Positions 47,754 to 58,003 of a DNA stretch of 64,000 nt are shown piece by piece. Location of the stretch: the NCBI GenBank assembly GCA_046348855.1, contig JAXMDK010000016.1:36721-100720 (forward strand), written 5' to 3'. How positions within the stretch are numbered: the first letter of the stretch is position 1; each line of letters starts with the position of its first letter. The DNA is from Paracoccaceae bacterium (GTDB lineage: Bacteria; Pseudomonadota; Alphaproteobacteria; Rhodobacterales; Rhodobacteraceae). The notes under the pieces are model-generated. The model did no database searches. It saw only the letters and a list, made by a program, of their open reading frames with translations, and was not told the origin of the DNA. A program made the position numbers and the translations under genes.

Positions 47754-48532
47754 CGGTTCACTTCATCGGGGCGGGGCCGGGGGCCGCCGATCTCATCACA
47801 TTGCGCGGCCGCGACCTGATCGCCGGCTCGCCGGTTTGCCTTTATGCCGGATCGCTGGTGCCCGAGGCGCTGCTGGCCCATTGCCCGCCGGGCGCGCGGA
47901 TCGTGAACACCGCGCCGCTGTCGCTGGACGAGATCATCGCCGAAATCCGCCGGGCCCATGACGAAGGCAAGGATGTGGCGCGCCTGCATTCGGGCGACCT
48001 GTCGGTCTGGTCGGCGATGGGCGAACAGCTGCGTCGGCTGCGGGCGGAGGGCATTCCCTATGACGTGACGCCCGGCGTGCCGTCCTTTGCCGCCGCCGCC
48101 GCGACGCTGGGGGCGGAACTGACCCTGCCCGGAGTGGCGCAGTCGGTGGTGCTGACGCGGACCTCGGGCCGCGCCTCGGCAATGCCGCCGGGCGAAACGC
48201 TGGAGAATTTCGCCCGGACCGGCGCGGTTTTGGCCATCCATCTGTCGGTCCATGTCCTTGACCGGGTGGTTGCGGAACTGACCCCACACTATGGCGCCGA
48301 CTGCCCGGTGGCGGTGGTCTGGCGCGCCAGCTGGCCCGACGAACGGGTGGTGCGGGCGACGCTCGCCACGCTGGAAACCGCCGTCGCGCAAGAGATGGAG
48401 CGGACGGCGCTGATCTTCGTCGGCCATTCGATCGGGGCGGAAAGCTTTGACGAAAGCAGGCTCTATGCCGGCGATTATGACCGCCGTTACCGACCGGTCG
48501 GCACCCACCCGCGCTTTCCCGACGCGCAATGA
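47750..48532 (+). CDS. cobM: Precorrin-4 C11-methyltransferase
   Basis: [29 protein letters not shown]. Confidence 0.96.
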   Translation: MTVHFIGAGPGAADLITLRGRDLIAGSPVCLYAGSLVPEALLAHCPPGARIVNTAPLSLDEIIAEIRRAHDEGKDVARLHSGDLSVWSAMGEQLRRLRAEGIPYDVTPGVPSFAAAAATLGAELTLPGVAQSVVLTRTSGRASAMPPGETLENFARTGAVLAIHLSVHVLDRVVAELTPHYGADCPVAVVWRASWPDERVVRATLATLETAVAQEMERTALIFVGHSIGAESFDESRLYAGDYDRRYRPVGTHPRFPDAQ

Positions 48533-49839
48533 TTCCGCCCGGCCTGATCATCTCCGCCCCGGCTTCGGGCACCGGCAAAACCACGCTGATGCTGGGGCTT
48601 CTGGCGGCCTTCCGGGCGCGGGGCATCGAGGTGCAGCCCTTCAAGAGCGGGCCGGACTATATCGATCCGGCCTTTCACCGCGCCGCAGCGGGGCGGGCCT
48701 CGCTGAACCTGGAAAGCTGGGCGATGTCGCAGGCGCGCATCGCCGGGCTGATCGCCGCCGCCGAGGGAGCCGAACTGATCCTCGCCGAAGGGTCGATGGG
48801 GCTGTTCGACGGGGTGGCGCTGCCGGGCGAGGCCGGAACCGGGGCCAGCGCCGACATCGCCGCCCTGACCGGCTGGCCGGTGGTTCTGGTGCTGGATGTT
48901 TCGGGGCAGGCGCAGTCGGCGGCGGCGGTGGCGCTTGGCTTTGCGGCGATGCGGCCCGAGGTCAGGATCGCCGGGGTGGTGCTGAACCGGGTGGCCAGCC
49001 CCCGGCACGAGGCGCTGGTGCGGGCGGGGATAGCGGCAGCCGGCATCACGGTGCTGGGCGCCTTGCCACGGCAGGCGGCGATCGAAATGCCCGAACGCCA
49101 CCTGGGGCTCGTGCAGGCCGAAGAGACGCCTGAACTGGACCGGATCATCGCCGCGGCAGGAACCTTCGTCGCCGCGCATGTCGACCTTGAGGGGCTGTGG
49201 GCCGCCGCGCGGCCGACGGCGCTGGCCAGCGGCACGGCGCTGCCTTGCAGGCCCCCGGGCCAGCGGATCGCCCTGGCGAGAGACGCGGCCTTTTCCTTCG
49301 TCTATCCCCACCTTCTGGACGGCTGGCGGCGGGCGGGGGCGGAAATCCTGCCGTTTTCGCCGCTGGCCGATCAGGAACCCGACCCAAGCGCCGATTGCTG
49401 CTGGCTGCCCGGCGGCTACCCGGAGTTGCACGGGGGGGCGCTGGCGGCGGCGGGGCGGTTCCGGCAGGGATTGCGGCACTTTGCCGAGACCCGCCCAGTC
49501 CACGGCGAATGCGGGGGCTATATGGCGATGGGCGCCGGTCTGGTCGACGCCAAGGGGCAGCGCCATGAAATGGCGGGGCTGATGGGGCTGGAAACCTCGT
49601 ACGAAAAGCGGCGGATGCATTTGGGCTACCGGCTGGCCGAACTGGCGGCGCCGATCCCCGGCCACGGGGCAGGCGCGCGGCTGCGCGGCCATGAGTTCCA
49701 TTATTCGACAATCCTGAAACAACCGGATATGGCGCTGGCGCAAGTCGTGGATGCCAACGGCGATCCGGTGCCCGAGACCGGGTCGCGGCGCGGCCTGGCG
49801 ACCGGCACCTTCTTTCACCTGATCGCGGAGGCGACATGA
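48529..49839 (+). CDS. cobB: Hydrogenobyrinic acid a,c-diamide synthase
   Basis: [38 protein letters not shown]. Confidence 0.96.
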   Translation: MIPPGLIISAPASGTGKTTLMLGLLAAFRARGIEVQPFKSGPDYIDPAFHRAAAGRASLNLESWAMSQARIAGLIAAAEGAELILAEGSMGLFDGVALPGEAGTGASADIAALTGWPVVLVLDVSGQAQSAAAVALGFAAMRPEVRIAGVVLNRVASPRHEALVRAGIAAAGITVLGALPRQAAIEMPERHLGLVQAEETPELDRIIAAAGTFVAAHVDLEGLWAAARPTALASGTALPCRPPGQRIALARDAAFSFVYPHLLDGWRRAGAEILPFSPLADQEPDPSADCCWLPGGYPELHGGALAAAGRFRQGLRHFAETRPVHGECGGYMAMGAGLVDAKGQRHEMAGLMGLETSYEKRRMHLGYRLAELAAPIPGHGAGARLRGHEFHYSTILKQPDMALAQVVDANGDPVPETGSRRGLATGTFFHLIAEAT

Positions 49840-50558
49840 GCGGGTTCGTCAGTTTCGTCTCGTCCGGTCCCGGCGACCCGGAACTGCTGACGCTGAAGGC
49901 GGTCGACCGGCTGAAGCGGGCCGACGCCGTCCTGTTCGACGACCTGTCGTCGGGGCCGATCCTGCAACATGCCCGGCCGGGCGCCGACATGGTGGGGGTG
50001 GGCAAGCGCGCCGGCCGCCCGTCGCCCAAGCAGGACCACGTCAGTCGCCTGCTGGTCGACTATGCCCGCGGCGGCGCACGGGTGGTGCGGCTGAAGTCGG
50101 GCGATTCGGGCCTGTTCGGGCGGCTGGAGGAGGAACTGACCGCGCTGCGCGAGGCCGGAATCGACTACGAGATCATTCCCGGCGTGCCCTCGGCGATGGC
50201 GGCGGCGGCGGCGGCGGGCATTCCGCTGACCCGGCGGCTGACGGCGCGGCGAGTGCAGTTCGTGACCGGCCACGACCTGACCGGCGCCCTGCCGACCGAC
50301 CTGAATTTCGCCGCGCTGGCCGACCCAACGGCGACCACGGTGATCTTCATGGGCAAGCGCACCTTCGGCGAACTGGCGCGGCGGCTGACCGAGGCAGGAC
50401 TGGCGGCCGACACGCCGGCAATCCTGGCCGAAAGCGTCTCTACCCCGGCGCAAAAGCTGGTACGGGGCACGCTCACCAGCATGGAGCGGCTGATCGCCGA
50501 GGAAGCCTCGGACGGGCCGGCGCTGATCCTGCTCGGGCCTTTGGCCGAGGGGCGGTGA
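49836..50558 (+). CDS. cobA: Uroporphyrinogen-III C-methyltransferase
   Basis: GPGDPELLTLKA, VGKRAG, RLKSGD..LFGRLEEE, VTGH. Confidence 0.92.
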   Translation: MSGFVSFVSSGPGDPELLTLKAVDRLKRADAVLFDDLSSGPILQHARPGADMVGVGKRAGRPSPKQDHVSRLLVDYARGGARVVRLKSGDSGLFGRLEEELTALREAGIDYEIIPGVPSAMAAAAAAGIPLTRRLTARRVQFVTGHDLTGALPTDLNFAALADPTATTVIFMGKRTFGELARRLTEAGLAADTPAILAESVSTPAQKLVRGTLTSMERLIAEEASDGPALILLGPLAEGR

Positions 50559-50881
50559 TGGACCATGTCGCCACCGTCTGCCGGTCCTGCCCCGCCGGCC
50601 AGGCCGGGCTGGCGCAGCGGCTGACGGCTGCCTTGTCCGCTGCCGGGCTGGCGTTGGAGGTGCGCGAAACCGACTGCCTGTCGGGCTGCACGCGGCCGTC
50701 GGCGCTGGCGTTCCGGGCACCGGGCAAGACCGCCTATCTGTTCGGCGACATCACCGATGCCGACCTGCCCGACATCCTGACCTTCGCCCGGCTTTACCTT
50801 GCGGCGCACGACGGCAACCTGGCCGATGCGCGGCCGCTGGGCGCACTCAGGACCAAGGCGCTGGCCCGGATTCCGGGCTGA
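50555..50881 (+). CDS. Second DUF1636 family protein
   Basis: VCRSC, CLSGCTRP, PGKTAYLFGD, LARIP. Confidence 0.8.
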   Translation: MMDHVATVCRSCPAGQAGLAQRLTAALSAAGLALEVRETDCLSGCTRPSALAFRAPGKTAYLFGDITDADLPDILTFARLYLAAHDGNLADARPLGALRTKALARIPG

Positions 50882-50962
50882 ACGGCAACGTGGGTCGCAC
50901 CTGACCCCCGCGCTGCCGCTTTCCGCCTTGACCGGGCAGGCGGACTCGGGCCACATGGTCGG

Positions 50963-51158
50963 GCACGGTGGTTCCAGGTGCGAAGCACAGGAACCTGAAA
51001 CGGGAATGGGGAGGGGTGGACCAAAGGCGGCACCCGAAACCCCAACCGCCCCCGCGACTGTAAGCGGCGAGCGGCTTTCCGATGGCCACTGATCCGGGCA
51101 ACCGGGCCGGGAAGGCGGAAAGCAGGCTTTGACCCGCGAGTCAGGAGACCGGCCGTGC
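50963..51158 (+). ncRNA. Cobalamin riboswitch upstream of cbtBA
   Basis: P1 GCACGG/CCGTGC, GGGAA, GCCCCCGCGACTGTAAG, CCACTG, GGGAAGG, GAGTCAGGAGACC. Confidence 0.93.
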
Positions 51159-51206
51159 GGGAAGGCAACGCGAAAGCCGTCGGGTGTGACGGCATGAGGA
51201 GAGAAA

Positions 51207-51377
51207 ATGAACGCGATCAACCATTCCGCCGCCAAGTCCGCTTCGGGCCTGATGTCCATCGTCCTCGTCGCCCTGATCGGCGCGACCATCGTCTTTGCGG
51301 CGGGCCTTGCCCATTCGCAGACGCTGCATGACGCGGCGCACGACATGCGCCACTCGACCGGGTTCCCCTGCCACTAA
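51207..51377 (+). CDS. cbtB: Cobalt transporter subunit CbtB
   Basis: Below the ORF-track size cutoff; manual translation MNAINH...one TM...LHDAAHDMRHSTGFPCH*. Confidence 0.93.
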   Translation: MNAINHSAAKSASGLMSIVLVALIGATIVFAAGLAHSQTLHDAAHDMRHSTGFPCH

Positions 51378-51397
51378 GGCAGCGCGACACCCAACCG

Positions 51398-52183
51398 ATG
51401 ATCTATCGCATGCTGTCCAGCGCGTTGTTCGCTGGCTTTGCGGCGGGGCTGCTTGCGGCCCTGCTGCAATATGCGTTTGACGAGAAGCTGATCCTTCTGG
51501 CCGAACGTTATGAAACGGGCGAACTGGTGCATTTCCAGTCCGCCCCGCCCGCCGGGCATGACCATTCTGCCGCTACCGCCGCACCGGCAGACACGATGCA
51601 GACCATGCCCGCCACCCCGACCGATCCAACCGCCGAGACCGGCACCACCGGCCACGACCATGCAGCTGCCACCGACGACGAGGTGTCGCCGCTGAAACGC
51701 CACGGACTGACCGCGCTGTTCGCGATCCTGGTCTATTCGGGCTATGCGCTGATCCTGGTCGCGGCCTATGCGACGGCGGAACAGTGGGGCTACCGGCCGT
51801 CGGTGCGCGACGGGCTTCTGTGGGGGCTGGCGGGTTTTGCCGCCCTGCAACTGGCCCCGGCAATGGGGCTGGAGCCGGAACTTCCCGGCACGCCGGCCGC
51901 CGATCTGGACGCGCGCCAAGTCTGGTGGATCGGGACGGCGCTGGCCACGGCCCTCGGCCTCGGGTTGATCGCCTTCGGGCGCAATCTGCTGGTCAAGGCG
52001 GTGGGCGTCGGGCTTCTGGCCCTGCCGCACCTGGTCGGCGCGCCCGAGCTTGACGGCTTTGCCGGCTCCGCGCCGCCCGAACTTGCCGCGCGGTTCGCCG
52101 CCCGCAGCCTTGGCATCGGGCTGTGCGTCTGGGTGGTGCTGGGTGGATTGCTGGCCCGGTTCTGGTCCGGCAAGGAAGCCTGA
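51398..52183 (+). CDS. cbtA: Cobalt transporter subunit CbtA
   Basis: AERYE, PELPG, ARQVWW, LPHLVGAP; follows cbtB. Confidence 0.93.
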   Translation: MIYRMLSSALFAGFAAGLLAALLQYAFDEKLILLAERYETGELVHFQSAPPAGHDHSAATAAPADTMQTMPATPTDPTAETGTTGHDHAAATDDEVSPLKRHGLTALFAILVYSGYALILVAAYATAEQWGYRPSVRDGLLWGLAGFAALQLAPAMGLEPELPGTPAADLDARQVWWIGTALATALGLGLIAFGRNLLVKAVGVGLLALPHLVGAPELDGFAGSAPPELAARFAARSLGIGLCVWVVLGGLLARFWSGKEA

Positions 52184-52206
52184 GCCACACGGTCAATCAA
52201 CAGCTG

Positions 52207-52236
52207 ACCCCGCGCATGGACATGCGCGGGGTTTTT
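52207..52236 (+). terminator. Intrinsic terminator between cbtA and cobF
   Basis: ACCCCGCGCATG-GA-CATGCGCGGGGT-TTTT. Confidence 0.8.
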
Positions 52237-52265
52237 CGTGAAGAGGAGCGGCAACGGAGGACACC

Positions 52266-53015
52266 ATGATCGAGCTCGTCCTGGTCGGCATCGGCACCGG
52301 CAACCCCGACCACTTGACGCTTCAGGCCATCAAGGCCCTGAACGCGGCCGATCTGGTGATGATCCCGCGCAAGGGCGAAACCAAGGCCGATCTCGCCGAA
52401 CTGCGCCGCGCGATCTGCGCCGAGGTGGTGACGAACCCGAAGGTGCGCTTCGCCGAATTCGACCTGCCGGTCCGCGACGCGGCTAACCCCAGCTACCGGC
52501 AGGGCGTGGACGATTGGCACGACGCCATCGCCAAGGTCTGGAAAGACACTATCCTTGCCGAAAACGGGCCGGATGGCCGGGTTGCGCTGCTGGTGTGGGG
52601 CGACCCGTCGCTTTATGACAGCACGCTGCGGATCGCGGCGCGGGTCGGGCGCGATCTGGCCCTGACCGTGACGGTCGTGCCCGGCATCACCTCGCTTCAG
52701 GCGCTGACCGCAGCGCACGCGATCCCGATCAACGACCTTGGTGCACCCTTCATCGTCACCACCGGGCGACGGCTGCGCGACGAAGGCTGGCCCGAGGGCG
52801 CCGACACGCTGGCGGTCATGCTGGACGGCGACTGTTCCTTCGGCGCCATCGACCCGGCGGGGGTTTCGATCTGGTGGGGCGCCTATGTCGGCATGAAGGA
52901 ACAGATCACCCTGTCCGGGCCGCTGTCCGAGATGGCGGACAGGATCATCGAGACCCGGGCGCGGGCGCGGGCCGAACATGGCTGGATCATGGACATCTAC
53001 ATCCTGCGCCGCTAG
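52266..53015 (+). CDS. cobF: Precorrin-6A synthase (deacetylating)
   Basis: GIGTGNPDHLT, WGDPSLYDST, WWGAY, HGWIMDIY. Confidence 0.95.
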   Translation: MIELVLVGIGTGNPDHLTLQAIKALNAADLVMIPRKGETKADLAELRRAICAEVVTNPKVRFAEFDLPVRDAANPSYRQGVDDWHDAIAKVWKDTILAENGPDGRVALLVWGDPSLYDSTLRIAARVGRDLALTVTVVPGITSLQALTAAHAIPINDLGAPFIVTTGRRLRDEGWPEGADTLAVMLDGDCSFGAIDPAGVSIWWGAYVGMKEQITLSGPLSEMADRIIETRARARAEHGWIMDIYILRR

Positions 53016-54037
53016 CTGCGGCGGATCGTGTCGCCGGGCTGAAGCTTGGGAGTCAACTCGATCCGTTCGCCACCGATCTGTTCGGCATGGCCGTGGCCGG
53101 CGATGATCTGCGCCGCCTGGCGGCCGATTTCGCGGCGGCAGGCGTCCATCGTTGCCAGCCGGCGCGGCAGGCCATCCAGCAGATCGACACCGTTGAACCC
53201 GGCCAGCCCCAGGCGGCCCGGCACGTCAATGCCCTTGTCCAGGCAGTACAACAGCCCGCCCGCCCCGATCATGTCGTTGGAATAATAGAGGAAATCCAGA
53301 TCCGGCGTGCGTTTCAGGATTGCCTCGGTCATTTCGCGGCCCTTCAGCAGCGCCGAACCGCCCGAATAGAATTCCCGGTCGGCAAGCTCGATCCCGGCTT
53401 CGCGCAGGCCCGCCTCGAACCCTTCGAGCCGTTTGCGCGCCCGATGGTCGTCGGGCATCTTGGTGCCGAGGAAGCCGATCCTGCGGTAGCCTGCCTTGAC
53501 GATGGCGCGGGCCATTTCCAGGCCGGCGCGCTTGTGGGAAATGCCCACCACCGAATCCACCGCCTCGCCATCGACATCCATGATCTCGACAATCGGGATG
53601 CCGGCGTTTTCCAGCATCGCCCGCGCATTGGCTGAATGTTCCAGCCCGGCCACGATTACCCCCGACGGCCGCCAGGACAGCATTTCGTAAAGGACCGCCT
53701 CTTCCTTGTCGGGCGAATAGTTGGTGACGCCAAACACCGGTTGCAGGCCGGTATCCTCAAGTTCCTCGGAAATGCCGCTGAGGACTTCGGGAAAGACCAG
53801 GTTCGACAGCGACGGCACGATCACCGCCACCAGGTTGACCCTCTGCGAGGCCAGCGCCCCGGCGATCTTGTTGGGCACGTAGCCCAGCCGCCGCGCCGCC
53901 TCGAGCACGCGGTCGCGGGTCGCCTCGCTGACATCGCCGCGGTTGCGCAGCACCCGGCTGACGGTCATCTCCGAAACGCCGGACGCTTCGGACACGTCGC
54001 GCAGCGTCAGGGTGCGTTTCGGATCGTTCGATGCCAT
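53012..54037 (-). CDS. LacI-family transcriptional regulator
   Basis: TLRDVSEASGVSEMTVSRVL, LGYVPN. Confidence 0.93.
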   Translation of the reverse strand: MASNDPKRTLTLRDVSEASGVSEMTVSRVLRNRGDVSEATRDRVLEAARRLGYVPNKIAGALASQRVNLVAVIVPSLSNLVFPEVLSGISEELEDTGLQPVFGVTNYSPDKEEAVLYEMLSWRPSGVIVAGLEHSANARAMLENAGIPIVEIMDVDGEAVDSVVGISHKRAGLEMARAIVKAGYRRIGFLGTKMPDDHRARKRLEGFEAGLREAGIELADREFYSGGSALLKGREMTEAILKRTPDLDFLYYSNDMIGAGGLLYCLDKGIDVPGRLGLAGFNGVDLLDGLPRRLATMDACRREIGRQAAQIIAGHGHAEQIGGERIELTPKLQPGDTIRRS

Positions 54038-54160
54038 GCCGGGAACCTCGCTGTGCCTTCCACGCCCCTAGCGTAAGAAGGTTGGCCCCCGACAGGCAAG
54101 CGCAAAGACCGGCCCCTTGCAAGCCGGCGCGTTTGACGCGACAAGGAGAGCGGCCCGTGC

Positions 54161-54236
54161 GGCCCCGTAGCTCAGGGGATAGAGCGGCCGCCTCCTAAGC
54201 GGCAGGTCGCAGGTTCGAATCCTGCCGGGGTCGCCA
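54161..54236 (+). tRNA. tRNA-Arg (anticodon CCT)
   Basis: Cloverleaf GGCCCCG TAGCTCAG..., anticodon arm GCCGC-CT-CCT-AA-GCGGC, GGTTCGAATCC, encoded CCA. Confidence 0.96.
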
Positions 54237-54266
54237 GGCAAGCCCGTCGCGGGCCGGAGGGCGGCA

Positions 54267-54854
54267 ATGCAGAAGATCCAGACGCAGGGCGTGCATCACA
54301 TCACCCTGATGGGTGCGGGCCGCCAGATTTCCATCGATTTCTGGGAGGGGTTGCTGGCCATGCCCCTGGTCTTCGACCAGCCCAATCTGGACAATGCGGC
54401 CGAGGGGCATCTGTATTTCGATCCGGGCGACGGGCGGCTGATCACCATCTTTACCGACGAAGACCGCCAGCCCGACCCGGCGCACAAGAAGCCTGCCGTC
54501 GGCGACGTGCACCACCTGGCCTTCGCAGTATCGCGGGTCAGCTTCACCCAGGCGGTGCAGCGGCTGGCCGACCGGGGCATCTGGAATACCGGAGTGCGCG
54601 ACCGCGGGTTCATGGATTCGATCTATTTCCACGACCCGATGGGGCTGCTGATCGAACTGGCCACCTACAAGTTCGAGCCGCCCGCCGGCTGGCGTCATGC
54701 CGACGTGCTGCGCGAGGCGCACCTGATCCGGGTGGCGCGCGGCGACAAGGCGATTGCCGAGGTGCATCTGGCCGACGCCATCGAGGTGCTGGTGGCGCGC
54801 GGCCAGCCGTCGCTGTCGGCCGACCGCAGCGCCAAGGATCCCTATGGCCGCTGA
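54267..54854 (+). CDS. VOC/glyoxalase family protein
   Basis: GVHHIT, HHLAF, DRGFMDSIYF.DP.GLLIELA. Confidence 0.88.
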   Translation: MQKIQTQGVHHITLMGAGRQISIDFWEGLLAMPLVFDQPNLDNAAEGHLYFDPGDGRLITIFTDEDRQPDPAHKKPAVGDVHHLAFAVSRVSFTQAVQRLADRGIWNTGVRDRGFMDSIYFHDPMGLLIELATYKFEPPAGWRHADVLREAHLIRVARGDKAIAEVHLADAIEVLVARGQPSLSADRSAKDPYGR

Positions 54855-55581
54855 CGCCCGCGAACCGCGCCGTCTGGTCTGGCTGGATCTGGCGCGCACG
54901 GCGGCGCTGGCGGCGATGGCCAGCTATCATTTCGGCTTTGACCTCCAGGCATTCGGGAAGATCGAACCCGGCACGATGACCACTGGCGCGGGGGCGCTTT
55001 ATGCCCGCGCCATCGCCTCGACATTCCTGTTTCTGGTGGGGATCGGGCTTTATCTGGCGCACGGGCGCGGCGTCCGCTGGCGGCCGTTCCTGCGGCGGCT
55101 GGCGATGATCGGGGCGGGGGCCTTGCTGGTCAGCGCCGCGACCTGGGCCGACCTCGGGCCGGGCTTCGTCTTCTACGGGATATTGCACTCGATCGCGGTA
55201 TCGAGCCTTGTCGGGCTGTTGTTCCTGCGCCTGCCCGCGCCTCTGACGGCGCTGGTGGCGCTGGCCGTGTTTCTCGCGCCGCACTACCTGCGCACCGGGG
55301 CGTTCGATGTGCCGTGGCTGATCTGGACCGGGCTGACCACCCTGCCCAACCAGTCGGCGGATTTCGAGCCGCTGTTCCCCTGGCTCGCACCCGTGCTGTT
55401 CGGCATCGCCGCTGCGCGGGCCAGCGCCGGGGCGCGGCTCTGGGCGCCACGGGCGGGGTCGCTGCCCCGCTGGCTGCGGATCCTGTCCTGGCCGGGGCGG
55501 CACAGCCTGCTGGTCTATCTGATCCACCAGCCGCTGATGATCGCCGCGATGCTGGGCCTGCGCCAGTTGGGCCTGTTCTGA
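54844..55581 (+). CDS. DUF1624 / HGSNAT-like membrane acyltransferase domain protein
   Basis: LDLART, FYGILH, DFEPLFPW, GRHSLLVYLIHQP. Confidence 0.8.
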   Translation: MAADAREPRRLVWLDLARTAALAAMASYHFGFDLQAFGKIEPGTMTTGAGALYARAIASTFLFLVGIGLYLAHGRGVRWRPFLRRLAMIGAGALLVSAATWADLGPGFVFYGILHSIAVSSLVGLLFLRLPAPLTALVALAVFLAPHYLRTGAFDVPWLIWTGLTTLPNQSADFEPLFPWLAPVLFGIAAARASAGARLWAPRAGSLPRWLRILSWPGRHSLLVYLIHQPLMIAAMLGLRQLGLF

Positions 55582-55584
55582 CCC

Positions 55585-56826
55585 TCAGGGCAGGTCCAGC
55601 GGCCGGTCGCCGCTGGCATCGCGGATCCGGGTCGGCAGGCCCATCGTGCCCAGAAGCTTCAGGAACGGCTTGGGGTCCAGCTCCTCGACATTGGCCATCC
55701 GGCCCACGTCCCAGATGCCGTCGGCGATCAGCAGCGCCGCGGCCACCGGCGGAACGCCGGCGGTATAGGAGATCCCCTGGCTGCCGGTTTCCAGATAGGC
55801 GTCCTTGTGGTCGGCGACGTTGTAGATCAGCACTTCGGCCGGCTGGCCACCCTTTTCGCCCCGGACAATGTCGCCGATGCAGGTCTTGCCCACATAGTCC
55901 GGCGCCAGCGAGGCCGGGTCGGGCAGCACCGCCTTGACCAGTTTCAGCGGCACGACTTCTTGCCCTTCGGCGGTCCGGACCGGCTTTTCCGACAGAAGGC
56001 CAAGGTTGTTCAGGACGGTGAAGACATTGATGTAATGGTCGCCGAACCCCATCCAGAACCGCACGTCGGCCTTCGGATAGCGGGCCGACAAGGAATGCAC
56101 CTCGTCATGGCCGGTCAGATAGGCCTTCTGCGCGCCGACCACTGGCAGGTCAAACGTCTGGCCGACCTCGAACATGCGGTTTTCCTGCCAGCGGCCCTTT
56201 TGCCAGCTGTAGACCGTGCCGGTGAATTCGCGGAAATTGATCTCGGGGTCGAAGTTCGTCGAAAACCAGCGGCCGTGGGACCCGGCGTTGATGTCGACGA
56301 TGTCGATGCTGTCCACCCGGTCCAGCCAGTCATCCGCCGCAAGCCGAGCATAGGCGTTGACCACGCCGGGATCGAACCCCACACCCAAAATCGCGGTGAC
56401 GCCCGCCCGTTCGCAGGCGACGCGGCGCTTCCATTCGTAGTTGCCATACCACGGCGGGGTTTCGCAGACCTTCGCCGGGTCTTCGTGGATGGCGGTGTCC
56501 AGATAGGCGGCGCCGGTGTCGATGCAGGCCTGAAGCACGGTCATGTTGACGAACGAGGACCCGACATTGATGACGATCTGCGCGCCGGTGTAGCGGATCA
56601 GCCCGGCCACTGCGCCCGCGTCCATCGCGTCGACAAAATGGGCTTGAAACCGGCCGGGCACCTTCATCGCCCGCTTGTCCTGCACCCCGGCGATGATCGC
56701 CTCGGCCTTGGCCAGGGTGCGGCTGGCGATGTGCAGGTCGCCCAGCACGTCGTTGTGCTGCGCGCATTTGTGCGCAACGACCTGCGCCACGCCGCCGGCG
56801 CCGATGATCAGCACGTTGCGCTTCAT
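55585..56826 (-). CDS. Carboxy(nor)spermidine synthase/dehydrogenase (saccharopine dehydrogenase family)
   Basis: GAGGVAQVVAHKCAQ, GFDPGV, TNFDPEINFRE, SYTAGVP; downstream of nspC. Confidence 0.92.
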   Translation of the reverse strand: MKRNVLIIGAGGVAQVVAHKCAQHNDVLGDLHIASRTLAKAEAIIAGVQDKRAMKVPGRFQAHFVDAMDAGAVAGLIRYTGAQIVINVGSSFVNMTVLQACIDTGAAYLDTAIHEDPAKVCETPPWYGNYEWKRRVACERAGVTAILGVGFDPGVVNAYARLAADDWLDRVDSIDIVDINAGSHGRWFSTNFDPEINFREFTGTVYSWQKGRWQENRMFEVGQTFDLPVVGAQKAYLTGHDEVHSLSARYPKADVRFWMGFGDHYINVFTVLNNLGLLSEKPVRTAEGQEVVPLKLVKAVLPDPASLAPDYVGKTCIGDIVRGEKGGQPAEVLIYNVADHKDAYLETGSQGISYTAGVPPVAAALLIADGIWDVGRMANVEELDPKPFLKLLGTMGLPTRIRDASGDRPLDLP

Positions 56827-56840
56827 GTTCCCATCCTTCC

Positions 56841-57938
56841 TTACGACAGGCTTGCCGCGTAGTCATCGTAGCCGAACGACCGCACCAGCCGCACCTGACC
56901 GTCCGGTTCGCGTACCGCAATCGACGGCATGTTGACGCCGTTGAACCAGTTCTTCTTGACCATCGTGTAACCGGCCGCATCCTGAACCGAGATGCGGTCG
57001 CCGATGTTCAGCGGTTTCGGGAACCGGAATTCGCCGAAAATATCGCCCGCCAGGCAGGACTTGCCGCAAACCATGTAGGCGTGGGGGCCTTCGTCCGGGG
57101 CAATCTTCGCCGGCTGGCGGTAGATCAGCAGGTCCAGCATGTGCGCCTCGATGGACGAATCGACGATGGCCAGCCTCTTGCCGTTGTCCAGCAGGTCGAG
57201 CACGGTGACCTCCAGCGTCGTCGAATTGGTGATCGCCGCCTCGCCGGGTTCGAGATAGACCTGCACGCCGAACCGTTCGGCGAAGGCCTTCAGCCGCGCC
57301 GCCAGCCGGTCCACCGGATAGCCGGCCCCGGTGAAATGGATGCCGCCGCCAAGGCTGACCCACTTCACCCGCGACAGAAGCGGGGCGAACTCGTCCTCAA
57401 TCCGGGTCAGCTGCCGGTCGAACAGGTCGAAATCGGCGTTTTCGCAGTTGTAGTGGATCATGAAGCCGGAAATCCGGTCGATGACCGCCAGGATTTTGGC
57501 CGCGTCCCATTCGCCCAGTCGCGAAAACGGCCGGGCCGGGTCGGCCAGATCGAAGCCGCTGGTCGAAAAGCGCGGGTTCAGCCGCAGGCCGCGGGCGATA
57601 TGGCCGGCGCGGTTGCCGAACCGTTCCAGCTGGGCGATCGAGTTGAAGATGATCTTGTCGGCATAACCGACCGCCTCCTCGATCTCGTGATCGGCCCATG
57701 CGACCGAATAGGCATGGGTTTCGCCGCCGAACTTCTCGCGCCCCAGCCGCAGTTCGTAAAGCGACGAGGATGTGGTGCCATCCATATGGTCGCGCATCAG
57801 GTCGAACACCGACCAGGTGGCGAAGCATTTCAGCGCCAACAGCGCCTTGGCGCCCGATCCGGCGCGCAGGCGGTCGATGACCTGCATGTTGTGCAAGAGC
57901 TTCGCCTTGTCGATCAGGTAAAAGGGCGTCTGGATCAT
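56841..57938 (-). CDS. nspC: Carboxynorspermidine decarboxylase
   Basis: LLALKCF, LGGG, YLEPGE, SCLAGD, YTMVKKNWFNG. Confidence 0.93.
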   Translation of the reverse strand: MIQTPFYLIDKAKLLHNMQVIDRLRAGSGAKALLALKCFATWSVFDLMRDHMDGTTSSSLYELRLGREKFGGETHAYSVAWADHEIEEAVGYADKIIFNSIAQLERFGNRAGHIARGLRLNPRFSTSGFDLADPARPFSRLGEWDAAKILAVIDRISGFMIHYNCENADFDLFDRQLTRIEDEFAPLLSRVKWVSLGGGIHFTGAGYPVDRLAARLKAFAERFGVQVYLEPGEAAITNSTTLEVTVLDLLDNGKRLAIVDSSIEAHMLDLLIYRQPAKIAPDEGPHAYMVCGKSCLAGDIFGEFRFPKPLNIGDRISVQDAAGYTMVKKNWFNGVNMPSIAVREPDGQVRLVRSFGYDDYAASLS

Positions 57939-58003
57939 GGGCACCCCCGGTCCGGCAGAGGAAAGCGCCCCTATAGGGCCAAGGGGACAGCCGCGCAAGC
58001 GGC

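Noticed and set aside
54161-54266. tRNA-Arg as an integration site
   Set aside because: No integrase, no duplicated tRNA 3' end and no compositional shift were seen in the flanks.
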